Shown here piece after piece: positions 1 to 10,930 of a DNA stretch of 64,000 bases. Made by a program: the position numbers and the translations under genes. A model generated the notes under the pieces. That model saw only the letters and a list, made by a program, of their open reading frames with translations, was not told where the DNA came from and did no database searches. The stretch spans positions 36,394,001 through 36,458,000 of the forward strand of contig CM060733.1 of assembly GCA_030704615.1 (NCBI GenBank), written 5' to 3'. Source of the stretch: Takakia lepidozioides (Eukaryota > Plantae > Bryophyta). Within the stretch, counting starts at the first letter, position 1; each line of letters starts with the position of its first letter.

Positions 1-569
1 CCCCTCTCCTCTATCACCAAGAAGTCCTCCTCCGAATGATGTCCCTCAATTCCCCGTTTCTCCCTTTATCTTCCTATCCGCGGTTCTAACCGTTTCCCTC
101 ACTAACCGTCGTCTGTGAACTAACATGTTCCCTTCGCAGGTGTTGTTCCCCACAGTCGTTCCCTGTCCTACTCTTCGTTCCCTATGATCGTGACAGCTGT
201 GTCAAGCTGTGACTGGCTGTGTGAAACTGTGACGGGCTGTGACTGGCTGTGCGACTGTGTTTGGCTGTGTCGGACTGTGTTTGGCTGTGTGGCTGTGCCG
301 GGCTGTGTCGGTTGTGACGACTGTGACGGGCTGTGTTGGCTGTGTGGGCTGTGACGACTGTGACGGGCTGTGTTGGCTGTGTCGGCTGTGACGACTGTGA
401 CGGGCTGTGTTGGCTGTGTTGGCTGTGACGACTGTGTTGGGCTGTGTAACCCCCCTCTACAGTGCGCTGCTGTCACCCCTAAGGTTCCTCTTGGTCTCAG
501 TCTGTGCAAAAATTAAGGGTACCCTACAGATCCCGTATAAGTGTCTAAGTCCCCGACAGTCCTCTAACA
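1..569 (-). repeat. 3' LTR (window-truncated) of three-ORF Gypsy family
   Basis: Minus strand starts TGTTAGAGG at 569, directly after a PPT. Homologous to the LTRs at 17671-18550 and 52707-53676, and carries the CACAGC-rich minisatellite (~190-445). Confidence 0.9.
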
Positions 570-572
570 TTA

Positions 573-585
573 CCCCTTCCCCCTC
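573..585 (-). promoter_or_regulatory. Polypurine tract
   Basis: Minus strand reads TTTTT-GAGGGGGAAGGGG-TAA-TGTTAG, immediately upstream of the LTR. Confidence 0.85.
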
Positions 586-599
586 AAAAAGCCGTGTCC

Positions 600-2987
600 T
601 CACGGTTTACTGATTTCTACTAGCAAACCTTTGTGAGTGAGCACCTTCTTGACGTTGAGAGTTTCGTGGCGGACTGTGTGTACGAGCCCGAGGTCTGTCT
701 CTGGTTGACGGAGATGGTTGATCACTACCTGGATAAGTGAGGCCCTCTGGAGGCTGATATCGAGGTAACCTTTCCGGCATAGGAGACCCCCGTCGCTTCT
801 TCTCTGCCATCTGAATTGCATAGTCTTCTCCCATGTCAAAAGAATTCGGTGAAGAAACAGTTGTATCAGAATCCTCATCGTCTCTCAGGTGTTTTAATTT
901 TCGAACTTTTGTGTGTAATCATCTGGGGCATACAATGCTGTCCTACCATGTCTGGAAGTTTGTATTTTACAACATGGTGTAACCGCTGAACAGCAAAATT
1001 GGTGTAGACACTGAGCTCCTTGTCTGTCCAGGTGAGTGGGGTACCAATTACTGGTGCAGCGTGCAAGTATTTCCATGCCACATGTCCCTTATAGAAAATG
1101 TCATCAATGCCGAATTTCTGTGTTGACAAATGGTTGCAGGCCGCTTGAAACCATGAACGAATTTGAGAATCCTTTTGCATCATAACTTTTGGGTCATATA
1201 GGTACATATGAGGTGGCACCGAAGGTAATACCCAATGATCTCCACTGGAATAACTTTGAAAGCGTGTTTGCATCTTTTGTTGCTCAATGTGGTAACGTAC
1301 CAGAAAACAAGCAGCGTAATATAACCCGCACCCCATGACAATACTTGCTATCTCCTTGGTCTTGGTATAAATGAGTCCATGTACAACCTGGAAAGCAATC
1401 AATTCCCTCAACATGGTACCTGCCTCGTGCCAGTATTGTGCAAAGTGATGATCTTCAATATGTCGATTGTTCGGAAGAACTTTAGTCCTAGTTGCCACTG
1501 GCAGCCAAATACGCATGATTTGGTAGTAATGTGCGAATGACTGCGGAGGACTAAATTCTTTCCAAGCCAAATCCAACATGATGGGAATTTGGTTGAAGGG
1601 CATAATCATAGCCCTACTGTACTCCCTTGCAGCTGGAGTTTTAGGTGGGTTAAAAGCGGCATTGCCCCATACCTCCGGCTGTGGTGGCTGTGGTGTGGTT
1701 GTAGTAACCACAGGTTCAGCTATTGGTACAGTGACTTGTTGTGGTGGTGGTGGTACTGGCTCTTGTATCATTGGCATCTCCTGCCCCTCCTGTGAAGACT
1801 GAAAAGCCAAAGTTTTGGCTTGTAAATAAGAAGCCATTAGCTGTTCCTGAGGGATATAGACTCTTTGGTCGATGTTTGAAGTGAGTTCTTCCACTTGAGT
1901 CTGGAGTCCGTCTACATCCTCTTGTAACTCTGCTATCCTACTATAGACATTGTCTATAGTAGTTGTGGCAATGTTCTGCACCTGCAGCCTGAGCTCATTC
2001 ATCTCGCTTTGGGTGAGCTTCCGTGGTGCTTTGCCCTCTACTGGTCCTTGTGCTAACCAGACCTGCATAAGGCTGTTATCCACCAAGTTGCTTGTGGTTC
2101 CCCTGAGAGTTTGCTCCTCTCTTAGCTTGTACAATTTCAACTGCTGTTGTAAAGCCTCCATGCGCTTCGCCTGAGGTTCAACCAATTGCGCATAAGCAGC
2201 AAGTAGATTATTGGCTTCCTTCCAAGCCTTGTTATTGACCGCGATTTCATTTCTATTGGCCATGATGGTTTGTTGCAACTCCACGATGTGCTTTTCTTGA
2301 TCAGCTTCAATCTGCCTGTATTGCTTGAAAGTATCTTCATTGCGACAGATTGTTTTTTTCATATCGACAATGAGCTTCATTTGCTCAACATTCTCTTCTT
2401 CTGCCTTCGTACATTTTTCCGCTTGACTGTTTATTTCTTTTGTTGATTGGTCAAGCATAGTTGTAAATGTAGCACATTGTATTGCCATCCTGTTATGCAC
2501 TGTCTGCAACTCCGTATGTAGTGCATTCAGTTCTTGCAACTTGCTTCATGCTGCACCTGCATTTGGTATAGCTGTTGCTTATGTGCTTCTTGCAACTGGT
2601 CTTGCGCAAGGCCTGCCTCAATCAATTGTTGCTTGGCCAATTGCAAAGCCATTTCTGTATTTCCCAAGTCCTGCTTCATCTTGAGAGTGACCTCTTCATC
2701 GACCTTGTTTGCACATTCAGTGGCAAGTCGAGCCTCAAACTCCTTCCTGAGTTCCTCTTTCAAGGCTGTCAATTGGGTAATTGGAACATGGGATTTGACA
2801 TAAGTCCCCAACAAATTAAGTGTCCTGCCTATGAGCTCATCAGCATTGCCTGGTTGAGGGTCATCATGGTGAGGTTGCTGCTTTTCCTCCTGATCTTCAA
2901 CAGTGTGATGTCTCACTAACCATTCAGGCCATGTCCACCGGATTTTTCCTGAACTACTTCATCTATCACCGGTGCTACAGTGTCATG
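600..2987 (-). pseudogene. C-terminal half of the Gypsy 3' extra ORF (coiled-coil, env-position), frameshifted and cut by a DNA transposon
   Basis: ORFs 2527-2916 and 875-2539 match the C-terminal half of ORF 60147-63755, and 600-878 probably continues it. Homology stops at HDTV, where TGTCATG ends at 2987. Confidence 0.9.
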
Positions 2988-3001
2988 GAGGTTTACTATT
3001 T

Positions 3002-3060
3002 CATGAGCAGAAACCATGAGCCATGAGCCATGAGCCGCATGAGCCGCATGAGCGGTGAGC
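3002..3060 (+). repeat. Terminal CATGAGC/CCGCATGAG short tandem repeats
   Basis: catgagc-agaaac-catgagc-catgagc-catgagc-cg-catgagc-cg-catgagc-ggtgagc. Confidence 0.85.
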
Positions 3061-3834
3061 CGAAGTCTAAGATACGCGGATTTCATGAGCGGACTCCTCC
3101 AAATTTGGAAATGCGGCAGATTAAACAAGTATTAAAATAATAGTTTTTTATTTGACCTTGCCGTTTTTGGACGTTCCAGATCATGTAATGCGGCGAAGAT
3201 ATGTCGTCAGTAACAAGTCCGCTCATGGTTTTATAGATCCGCTCATGGAAATAAGTGACCGTGCAACGGGAAATCCAGTATACCACTGCAAAAGGACGTC
3301 GCATACTGGCCTGTATAGAGTATTCCGCGGTTTTACATGCCTTAACATTGGAATGAAGCTGACCCTTTTGCCGCGATTGAACCAATGGAGTCTGCACCAA
3401 TACAGTCTGCAGTACTTCACAATTCTGTCTTCTTCGGGTATTCGGCGGGAAAGGTTTGCAACTGAACTGGGAAATAGGGTGCCGCATTAGGGTTCGCACG
3501 TGCGAAATTTCGGAGCGGTTTGGTGTTGGCGAAGGCCGCCTCTGGGGGTACCTACGACGATACTTGGAAATTCGGCGCCGCATTTCCTTGTCGGAGGTCG
3601 AATGAGGAGAGCAAGTTTTCGGAAAGCAGAAAAACATGAACCCTCCAACATACAAAAATACATGCACGTGGAAACAAGTGAACGATATAGTAATATCTTA
3701 GTTCGAGCAAAACAGGTTACTGGTAGGCAAGACATATGTCGGACCTTTGTGTGGCCAGAGTCTGAGGTACTGGCAGCAGTACAGTTCTACTATCCGATGG
3801 GATACCGTAATTGTATGTGGACCGCAAGCCAAGC

Positions 3835-6800
3835 TCACTGGTCCCCTGGATCCATATTCAGAAGAGTGTGAACCTCCTGGGGGCTCAACCCTGGTGCATG
3901 TATGAAGTGATGAGTTGTGGAATTACAACGGAGTCTCTTTAGGTACACGTAGTACAAATGCTTGCAAGGGCAGTATGATGCCCCCTTGTTCGCCATGATC
4001 TGGAAGTCGGTGCAATTGCAGGTGGGTAATTCTGAAATGGTGATGGTGTACACCTCATTGCGAACAGCTGAGCCCGCCGTGGCCATCTGATACACACGCC
4101 CGAATCCTGGTGGGGGCACTTCTGTCGAGCTCTGGATTGTACAGTTCATCCGAAGTGCATTCCCCATCCTTGTCTCGTTCACTTTTGAGGGAGGTCGCCG
4201 CCTCTTCGGTTTCCCCCAACGGTGTGTAGGATGCTTAGAGCTGTCGTGTCCCATTGTTCTTGCTCTCACAGGGGTCGGTGGTGGAGGCTGTGGAAGCGGA
4301 AATGGTTGTCTGGGGACGTCAGTGCGCTGCACCATCCGAAATCCTGCGGCGGTAAGGGCGTCGGCCTCAACCTGACTCAGATCGCAGCCTGGTTCCACCG
4401 GCCACACCGGGGGAGCCTCTGGCATTGTTTGTATGCCGTACTTGGGCTTTCCATACACGCAAGTCATAATGTCGTGCCTGCAGAACCAGAACTGGGTGGT
4501 TGTCGCCTCCGCAAACTTTGCATGGACAAATCTTCCTGTAAAAGTAGGAGCAGGGACAGCCCCATCTGGATTCCTCCTTATCATCTCTAAACAACGTTGC
4601 CGTGTATCCACACGAATTGCGGAACACCTTCCTCGAAACGACGGCTTTGTGCGAGCAATTCTCCACTGTGAGGCAGACACAGTCGTCTCCACAATGGCTT
4701 GGCCATACTGCATAACAGCGGGCGGAATGTGGGGCAAGGGAGCGGTGGGAATTTGTTGCACGAAATCCCCGGTGAAGGCGACGGCGATCTGGAATTTCTT
4801 GGGCTTCCACTGCTGGAAGACACATTGTGCGGCAACATGACGGGACCTCGAGGTGCTGTCCGAATGTTCCTGTCGGATCTCCAGGAATCCTCTTCGCACC
4901 CGGGTTCCTCTTCAATCCTCCGCCTGACAGGGCGAGTCCGGACGTCCCCTCTAGGTGTTCACCTCTGCGGTGCAGAGGCGTCCCTTTGATCTTCTCTCGC
5001 AATGCTGTCGCCCATTTCACTGGATTCTTGGACCTCGAAGCTGTTCGTACCAACAATTCCTCCCTGTCCGGCCCAAAGCCCCATTGTTTGCCGCTCAGGA
5101 ACTTGTAGTACGTGGCTTGCTGCATGATTGCTCTGTCGATGTCCTCCGTTGTGGCCGTCACTACGTCCACCAGATGTGCGGCAGAAGACGCTCGCCAGGA
5201 GGAGTGGACCGATTCTGCCATATTCGTGTTCGGCATGTCCGTGTCGGAATCCAAGCACCGCTCCTAGAAGGACACAAACAACGGTGAGGGACCAATCGAA
5301 ATGTCCGTAACAGAAAGACAAATGAACGAAAATGACAGCAGCCTACCTCCCGCATGTACTGTCCGAACTGTCGATACCGAAAATGCCACCACCCCAACCA
5401 GCTGTGCAATGCTCCCAGATTGGTTGTCTCCACTGCACCTGACGTGTTCCACCAAGCCTCGATGATAGCAAACTTAACCTCCGCGTCATCAAATGTGGGT
5501 GCATCCTTCCACGCCGTACAAAGGACACGGTGTTCAGCCTGGAATGAGCTAGCAACAAATTTGGTAGTGTAGTGGGATAGACTCTGCATCCAATGGAATC
5601 CACAGGATCTCTCTTTCCCCTCCATTGGAACATTGGGGTCCTCACCGTACACACGCCGCACCGCTGCCCAGTTGGCCTGAGCGTTGTCTGCCATGAATCC
5701 CCTGAAATTGGGCTCTGGCAATCCCGCCCTTGCCATCTGCTCGTTTATGCCCTCCCACAGATGCATCTCGGACTGTGTGTCCTCCCCTTTCATCTCGCAG
5801 ATTGCAATCGTCATGAGCCTCTTGGAGTGATAGTCATAAACATGCGCACCCATAGTCACCCACTGATGGTTTGTAATTCGCTTGATGTGATCAAACATCA
5901 CCCAAGCATTCGACAAGTTTCCAGTTGTCATGCGAGTGACCAAGTCGACTCCACTCCCAGGCCCACACGTCGACATTTTGAAAATGTAACAACGATCGGA
6001 TTCGCTGCCTTGCCCTGGAAACCTGCTACCTTGGATGTAGTCATATCCAGTCATTCGTTTCACCTCCAGGATTGAGTACATGTCCGACCCCCTGCCGAAC
6101 TCCTGCTTGCAAGATACGATGTGATTCCGCACATTCGGACTACAAACGTGCGAGACGGACTCCAAGAGGTCACGCATCTCGTCTTCGGTCAAGGGCTCTC
6201 GGTCGGAACCATCTTCAGACATGATTTTGCCAAGAGCAATCTTGTGGGCTGCCTTCAGCTGAATCTGCTTTGGTCTGGCTCCGGGGCTCAATTTCACCTC
6301 CTCTTTTATGATGTCGTGTGCTTCCTGCACAGCCTCACGCATGTTGCCTCTCGCCAAGGGGTGGCAGTGGACCCCAACGTGTATGCAAGCTCTAGTCAAG
6401 TCCGGGAGCAAATGGATTACGTAATATTGCTTGGCTCTGCACATGGACATGCACGTCGGTGGTTCTTTGCAATGTGCACACTTGAAAGAACCCGCAGGAG
6501 CTTGGCTGGAGACAATGAATGGATGATGCGTTGTGCCAGTCCAATCCGTCTCGTTTCTCCGCCCTCCTTTGGAGAGAAAGTGGAAGCAGGTGGGATTGAG
6601 GCACCTCAGCTTCCCCGCACAGAGGACATATCGTACACGAACACCATCAGCAATTTTCGTGCTACTGGTCTTCGTCACACACCAGGGGTGTCCGTCATGC
6701 TTTCGATCCATGTCTGTTAACATCCCGGAGGCTTTTCTTTGACGAAGAAACAGGTGGAAACTCGAAGATGACATTGCCATCGACTTCGGGAGGCAGAAAA

Positions 6801-7234
6801 GTTACCTTTCTGACTGGGAATTTGGCATAGTCGAGAGCAGCCAGCTCGGAGCGAGAACCATCGAGGTGATGTTGTCGTAGGAGCTGCACAATGGACCGGG
6901 TTGGAGTTATGCTCGAGGGCACATGCGTAGCACCTACAGAGACGTCCATGCCGGATTTGAACGACCGTGTGGAGGACATGGGTACCTCAATGCAATCATC
7001 TTCCTCGTCGGAAATGTCGAATACGTCCACACGAGAAGCTATGGAGGGTCTTGACGGTCCAGGTCGGGAATGATTATCGTTGCATACCTCTCTGTTGGCA
7101 GTGGCCGCCTCTCGGTTTCCGGACTCCTTTGTGGATGGTGTGGGCAGCGACTGATTCGGAAAGGGAATGGGCATTCCCACAGCTCGGTACAGGATGGTGT
7201 CTGACGAGGGGGAACGTGCCATTCGATTCCGCAA
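3835..7234 (-). pseudogene. MULE transposase: GCM-like Zn domain + DDE core + SWIM finger (2 frameshifts, 1 intron)
   Basis: GCM-like W..CAGKLRCLNPTC..CAHC..C..GVHCHP. Catalytic WVMFD, FMAD, CGFH and TNMAESVH. SWIM CNCTDF..CKH. A phase-0 GT-AG intron (5346-5264) joins ORF 5161-6780 to ORF 4367-5254 in frame. Frameshifts near 6730 and 4870. Upstream ORFs to ~7800 may also belong. Confidence 0.85.
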
Positions 7235-7869
7235 CCTCCGTCGTTACCTAGCACGACAATGGTCTCGTCAACCTGTCCAGGAACATCCTTCCTTTCTTCT
7301 TCCAAATAAACTGTGCCCGGTTTGAGCTTGAATTTGGAACAAAGGTAAGTTTCAGTCACTCTGCAAAGTCCTCCCTCGTTGGGATCCAGGCTCTCCCAAG
7401 TTGCGGAGGACAGCAAACTATAGCGTAGGAATTCGGAGCCATCGAACACCGCACGGAGTTGGCAAGTGCGAGGTTCAGTATAGCGACAGACCAAGGCTCA
7501 CAGGCACCATCTAAGTGGATCTGCGGAGTCCATCGACAATTGGAAGTCGCACATTGAAGTGGAAAGTATTGTTTCAAGCTACATGCATGAAGGTGGGAGG
7601 TTTGATTCCATAGCCAGTGAGTAGGACAATGATGGCCGATTCGGCGACGAAATAACATCTCCTGACAGTTTCTCCTGAGGGTGGATCCAGCAGTATTCTC
7701 GGTGCAGACAGGAACGTTCGCACTGACAAGTGCCAGGACTGCTGGTTAAAACGGTCAGACAACCAAGTTGTGCTCATCAAGACTGGCCGCAATTGTGTTG
7801 TTTCGGAACAATGCAACCCATTGAGGTTCCAGATTTCCGTCCGAGTGATTCTGTTTCGATTGCTGGTGG

Positions 7870-9615
7870 ACGGAAATACGGCGCCGCATTTCCGTATTGC
7901 ATCTTGGTCATGCAACAGAGCGACGGAAATGCGGCACCGAGTTTCCGTCCGGGGAAACTTTATACTCTCCAGAACGGAAATGCGGTAACGCATTTCCATC
8001 CAGCAAGCACGGTATGTGAAGGTGGAACGGAAATGCGGTACCGCATTTCCGTTCTGATTGAGATTTATGAACAACGGGAACAGAAATGCGGCACCGCATT
8101 TTCGTCCGAGTCGCACTTTCGACATTCCAGAACGGGAATGCGGTGCCGCATTTCCATTTTGTATCTGATGCATGGAGCTGAGGGATAGAAATGCTGCAGC
8201 ACATTTCCGTCCTTAAAAGACATTCATACTCTCGAGAACGGAAATGCGGTACCGCATTTTCATTCAACAAGCACGGTATGTGAAGGTGGAACGGAAATGC
8301 CGGTACCGCATTTCCGTTTCTGATTGAGAATTATGAACAACCGGGAACAGAAATGCGGCACCGCATTTCCGTCAAAGTCGCACTTTTCGACATTCCATAA
8401 AGGAAATGCGGCGCCGCATTTCCATTTTGTATCTGATGCCTGGAGCCGAGTAAGATTCCGACAGCTTCATACAGCGCAATTCCGACCGGTTTGAGACATT
8501 CACACTATCCAGAACGGAAATGCGGCACCGCATTTCCGTTCTGACTGAAAATCGTGAACTATCTGAACTGAAATGCGGCACCGTATTTCCATCCGAGTCG
8601 CACCTACCATCATTCCAGAACGGAAATGCGGCACCGCATTTCCGTTCTGACTGAAATCGTGAACCATCGGAACTGAAATGCGGCAACGTATTCCATCCGA
8701 GTCGCACCTACCATCAGCCAGAACGGAAATGCGGCACCGCATTTCCGTTCTGACTGAAAATCGTGAAACCATCGGAACTGAAATGCGGTCAGCGCATTTC
8801 CATCCGAGTCGCACCTCCACACATTCAGAACGGAATGTATTAGATTTAAAAGGAAATGCGGCACCGCATTTCCGTTCTGATGAAATATCCTGAAACATCG
8901 GAATGAAATGCGGGGCGCGTACCGCATTTCCGTCGGAGTCCCACCATCCGACATTCCCAAACGGAAATGCGGCACCGCATTTCCGTTTGTATGTGAGCTG
9001 GAGCTGTGGAACGAAAATGCGGGAAGGCATTTCCGCCAGCGTCAGACGTTAATACTCTACAGAACGGAAATGCGGTACCGCATTTCCATTCTGACTGAAA
9101 TCGTGCGCAACGGGGTACAGAAATGCGGCACCGCATTTCCGTTCGAGTCGCACCTTCCGACATTCTCGAACGGAAATGCGGCGCCGCATTTCCGTTTTGT
9201 ATATTCGGCCTGGAGCTGTGCTACGGAAATGTGTTGCCGCATTTCCATCCATGTGAGACCTTCAACCTTTCCAGACCGGAAATGCGACACCGCATTTCTG
9301 TCCAGGTGAGACCTCTATACTTTCCCGAACGGATGTGGCACGACATTTCCATTCATCAACTAACGTATGTGAAGTGGGAACGGAAATGCGGCGCCGCATT
9401 TCCCTTCTGAATCTCATACTTGGAGCTGTGGGACGGAAATGCGGCACCGTATTTCCGTTCAACAACTAAGGTATGTGAAGGTGGAACGGAAATGCGGTGC
9501 CGCATTTTCTTCCAACAAGTACGGATGTGTAGCAGAGTGATCGTACTTAACGGAATGCGGCGCCGCATTCGCATTCTCGCCTCCAACTCATCAGACGCTG
9601 GGACGGAAATGCCTT
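7870..9615. repeat. Array of ~33 26-bp palindromes ACGGAAATGCGG(CA/TA/CG)CCGCATTTCCGT with ~27-bp variable linkers, 53-bp period
   Basis: Unit starts at 7870, 7923, 7974, 8027, 8080, 8132, 8185, 8238, 8291 ... 9550, 9603. Confidence 0.95.
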
Positions 9616-9980
9616 GAAATGTGACACGTGGAGCAACGGAATTGCTGCACATGTCGGCACTCTATCTGACTGAAGGGGCATGAGGCGGCGCGGCCTGACC
9701 GTTGGATAATGATGTTTGATTTTCGGACGGCGGGCGTACCCTCAACGATTCGAATTTCGTAATGACGCAAAGTCCACGAGGAGACACTTTCGTCCAACCT
9801 TTCGAACCCAAGTGGTGCATCACCGCCGTTTCATCTACTTTTGTCGTGTCTCTCAGTCACCCCTCTCGCGCCCTTTCCATCTGCACTCTTTGGCCCCTTT
9901 TCCCTCTCTCTGTTCTTCTTATGCTCAACTGAGAGGGGGGGGTAGTGCACCCAGACAGGAGACCTCGTCGCAAAGCTCCG

Positions 9981-10480
9981 NNNNNNNNNNNNNNNNNNNN
10001 NNNNNNNNNNNNNNNNNNNNNNNNNNNNNNNNNNNNNNNNNNNNNNNNNNNNNNNNNNNNNNNNNNNNNNNNNNNNNNNNNNNNNNNNNNNNNNNNNNNN
10101 NNNNNNNNNNNNNNNNNNNNNNNNNNNNNNNNNNNNNNNNNNNNNNNNNNNNNNNNNNNNNNNNNNNNNNNNNNNNNNNNNNNNNNNNNNNNNNNNNNNN
10201 NNNNNNNNNNNNNNNNNNNNNNNNNNNNNNNNNNNNNNNNNNNNNNNNNNNNNNNNNNNNNNNNNNNNNNNNNNNNNNNNNNNNNNNNNNNNNNNNNNNN
10301 NNNNNNNNNNNNNNNNNNNNNNNNNNNNNNNNNNNNNNNNNNNNNNNNNNNNNNNNNNNNNNNNNNNNNNNNNNNNNNNNNNNNNNNNNNNNNNNNNNNN
10401 NNNNNNNNNNNNNNNNNNNNNNNNNNNNNNNNNNNNNNNNNNNNNNNNNNNNNNNNNNNNNNNNNNNNNNNNNNNNNNNN
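9981..10480. other. Assembly gap (500 N)
   Basis: Run of exactly 500 N, probably a placeholder size. Confidence 1.
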
Positions 10481-10659
10481 GTCCCTTTCTTTTGACACCT
10501 GTCCTTGCACTTCATTCTCCTGCTTGTGTCGCAACCCCTGAACCTCCACGTGTCTAGTTTTTAAATAATTTCCGTTTCTTCTTCTTTCCTTCATGCCATT
10601 TTCCTGAAGTTTTTATATGTGTCCACTTGTCACTGATTCTATGGATCGTCTGTAACTGT

Positions 10660-10930
10660 AGTAGGCTGTGTTGAGCTGTGACAGGCTGTGTCATACTGTG
10701 TTACGCTGTGATAGCTGTGTTGCACTGTGGTCAGCTGTGATAGGCTGTGACACGCTGCGGAGGTTTGTGATAAGCTGTGTCACGTCGTGACGGGCTGTGA
10801 TAGGCTGTGTCACGCCGTGCTTGGCTTTATAGCTTTGTCAACGCCGTGATGGGCTGTGATGGCTGTGTCACGCCGGATGGGCTGTGATAGGCTGTGTTGC
10901 GCCTTGCTGGGCTGTGATAGGCTGTGTCAC
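10660..10930 (-). repeat. 30-bp CACAGC-rich tandem repeat at the end of pol (copy A)
   Basis: Repeated GGGCTGTGATAGGCTGTGTC units. Confidence 0.85.

Larger units (their letters stand above)
2988..9980 (-). mobile_element. Mutator-like (MULE) DNA transposon with GCM-type transposase; right end lost in the assembly gap
   Basis: Abrupt junction with the retroelement ORF (GAGGTTTACTATTTCATGAGC), a terminal CATGAGC repeat cluster, a DDE transposase and a subterminal palindrome array. Confidence 0.8.

Noticed and set aside
168-613. Short S/Q/T/H- or C/V/G-rich ORFs in LTRs (also 18257-18657, 52766-53017)
   Set aside because: Products of the CACAGC minisatellite; frame not conserved between LTRs.
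7870-9615. True CRISPR array
   Set aside because: Eukaryotic context with no cas genes. Linkers recur in ~5 related families as higher-order repeats rather than being unique acquired spacers, and I saw no matching targets in the window.
7574-9652. Many overlapping ORFs (RKCGAAFPF / TEMRCRISV / NGNAVPHFR)
   Set aside because: Translations of the palindromic array in all frames and both strands.
9716-10594. ORFs containing X runs
   Set aside because: Artefacts of the N gap.
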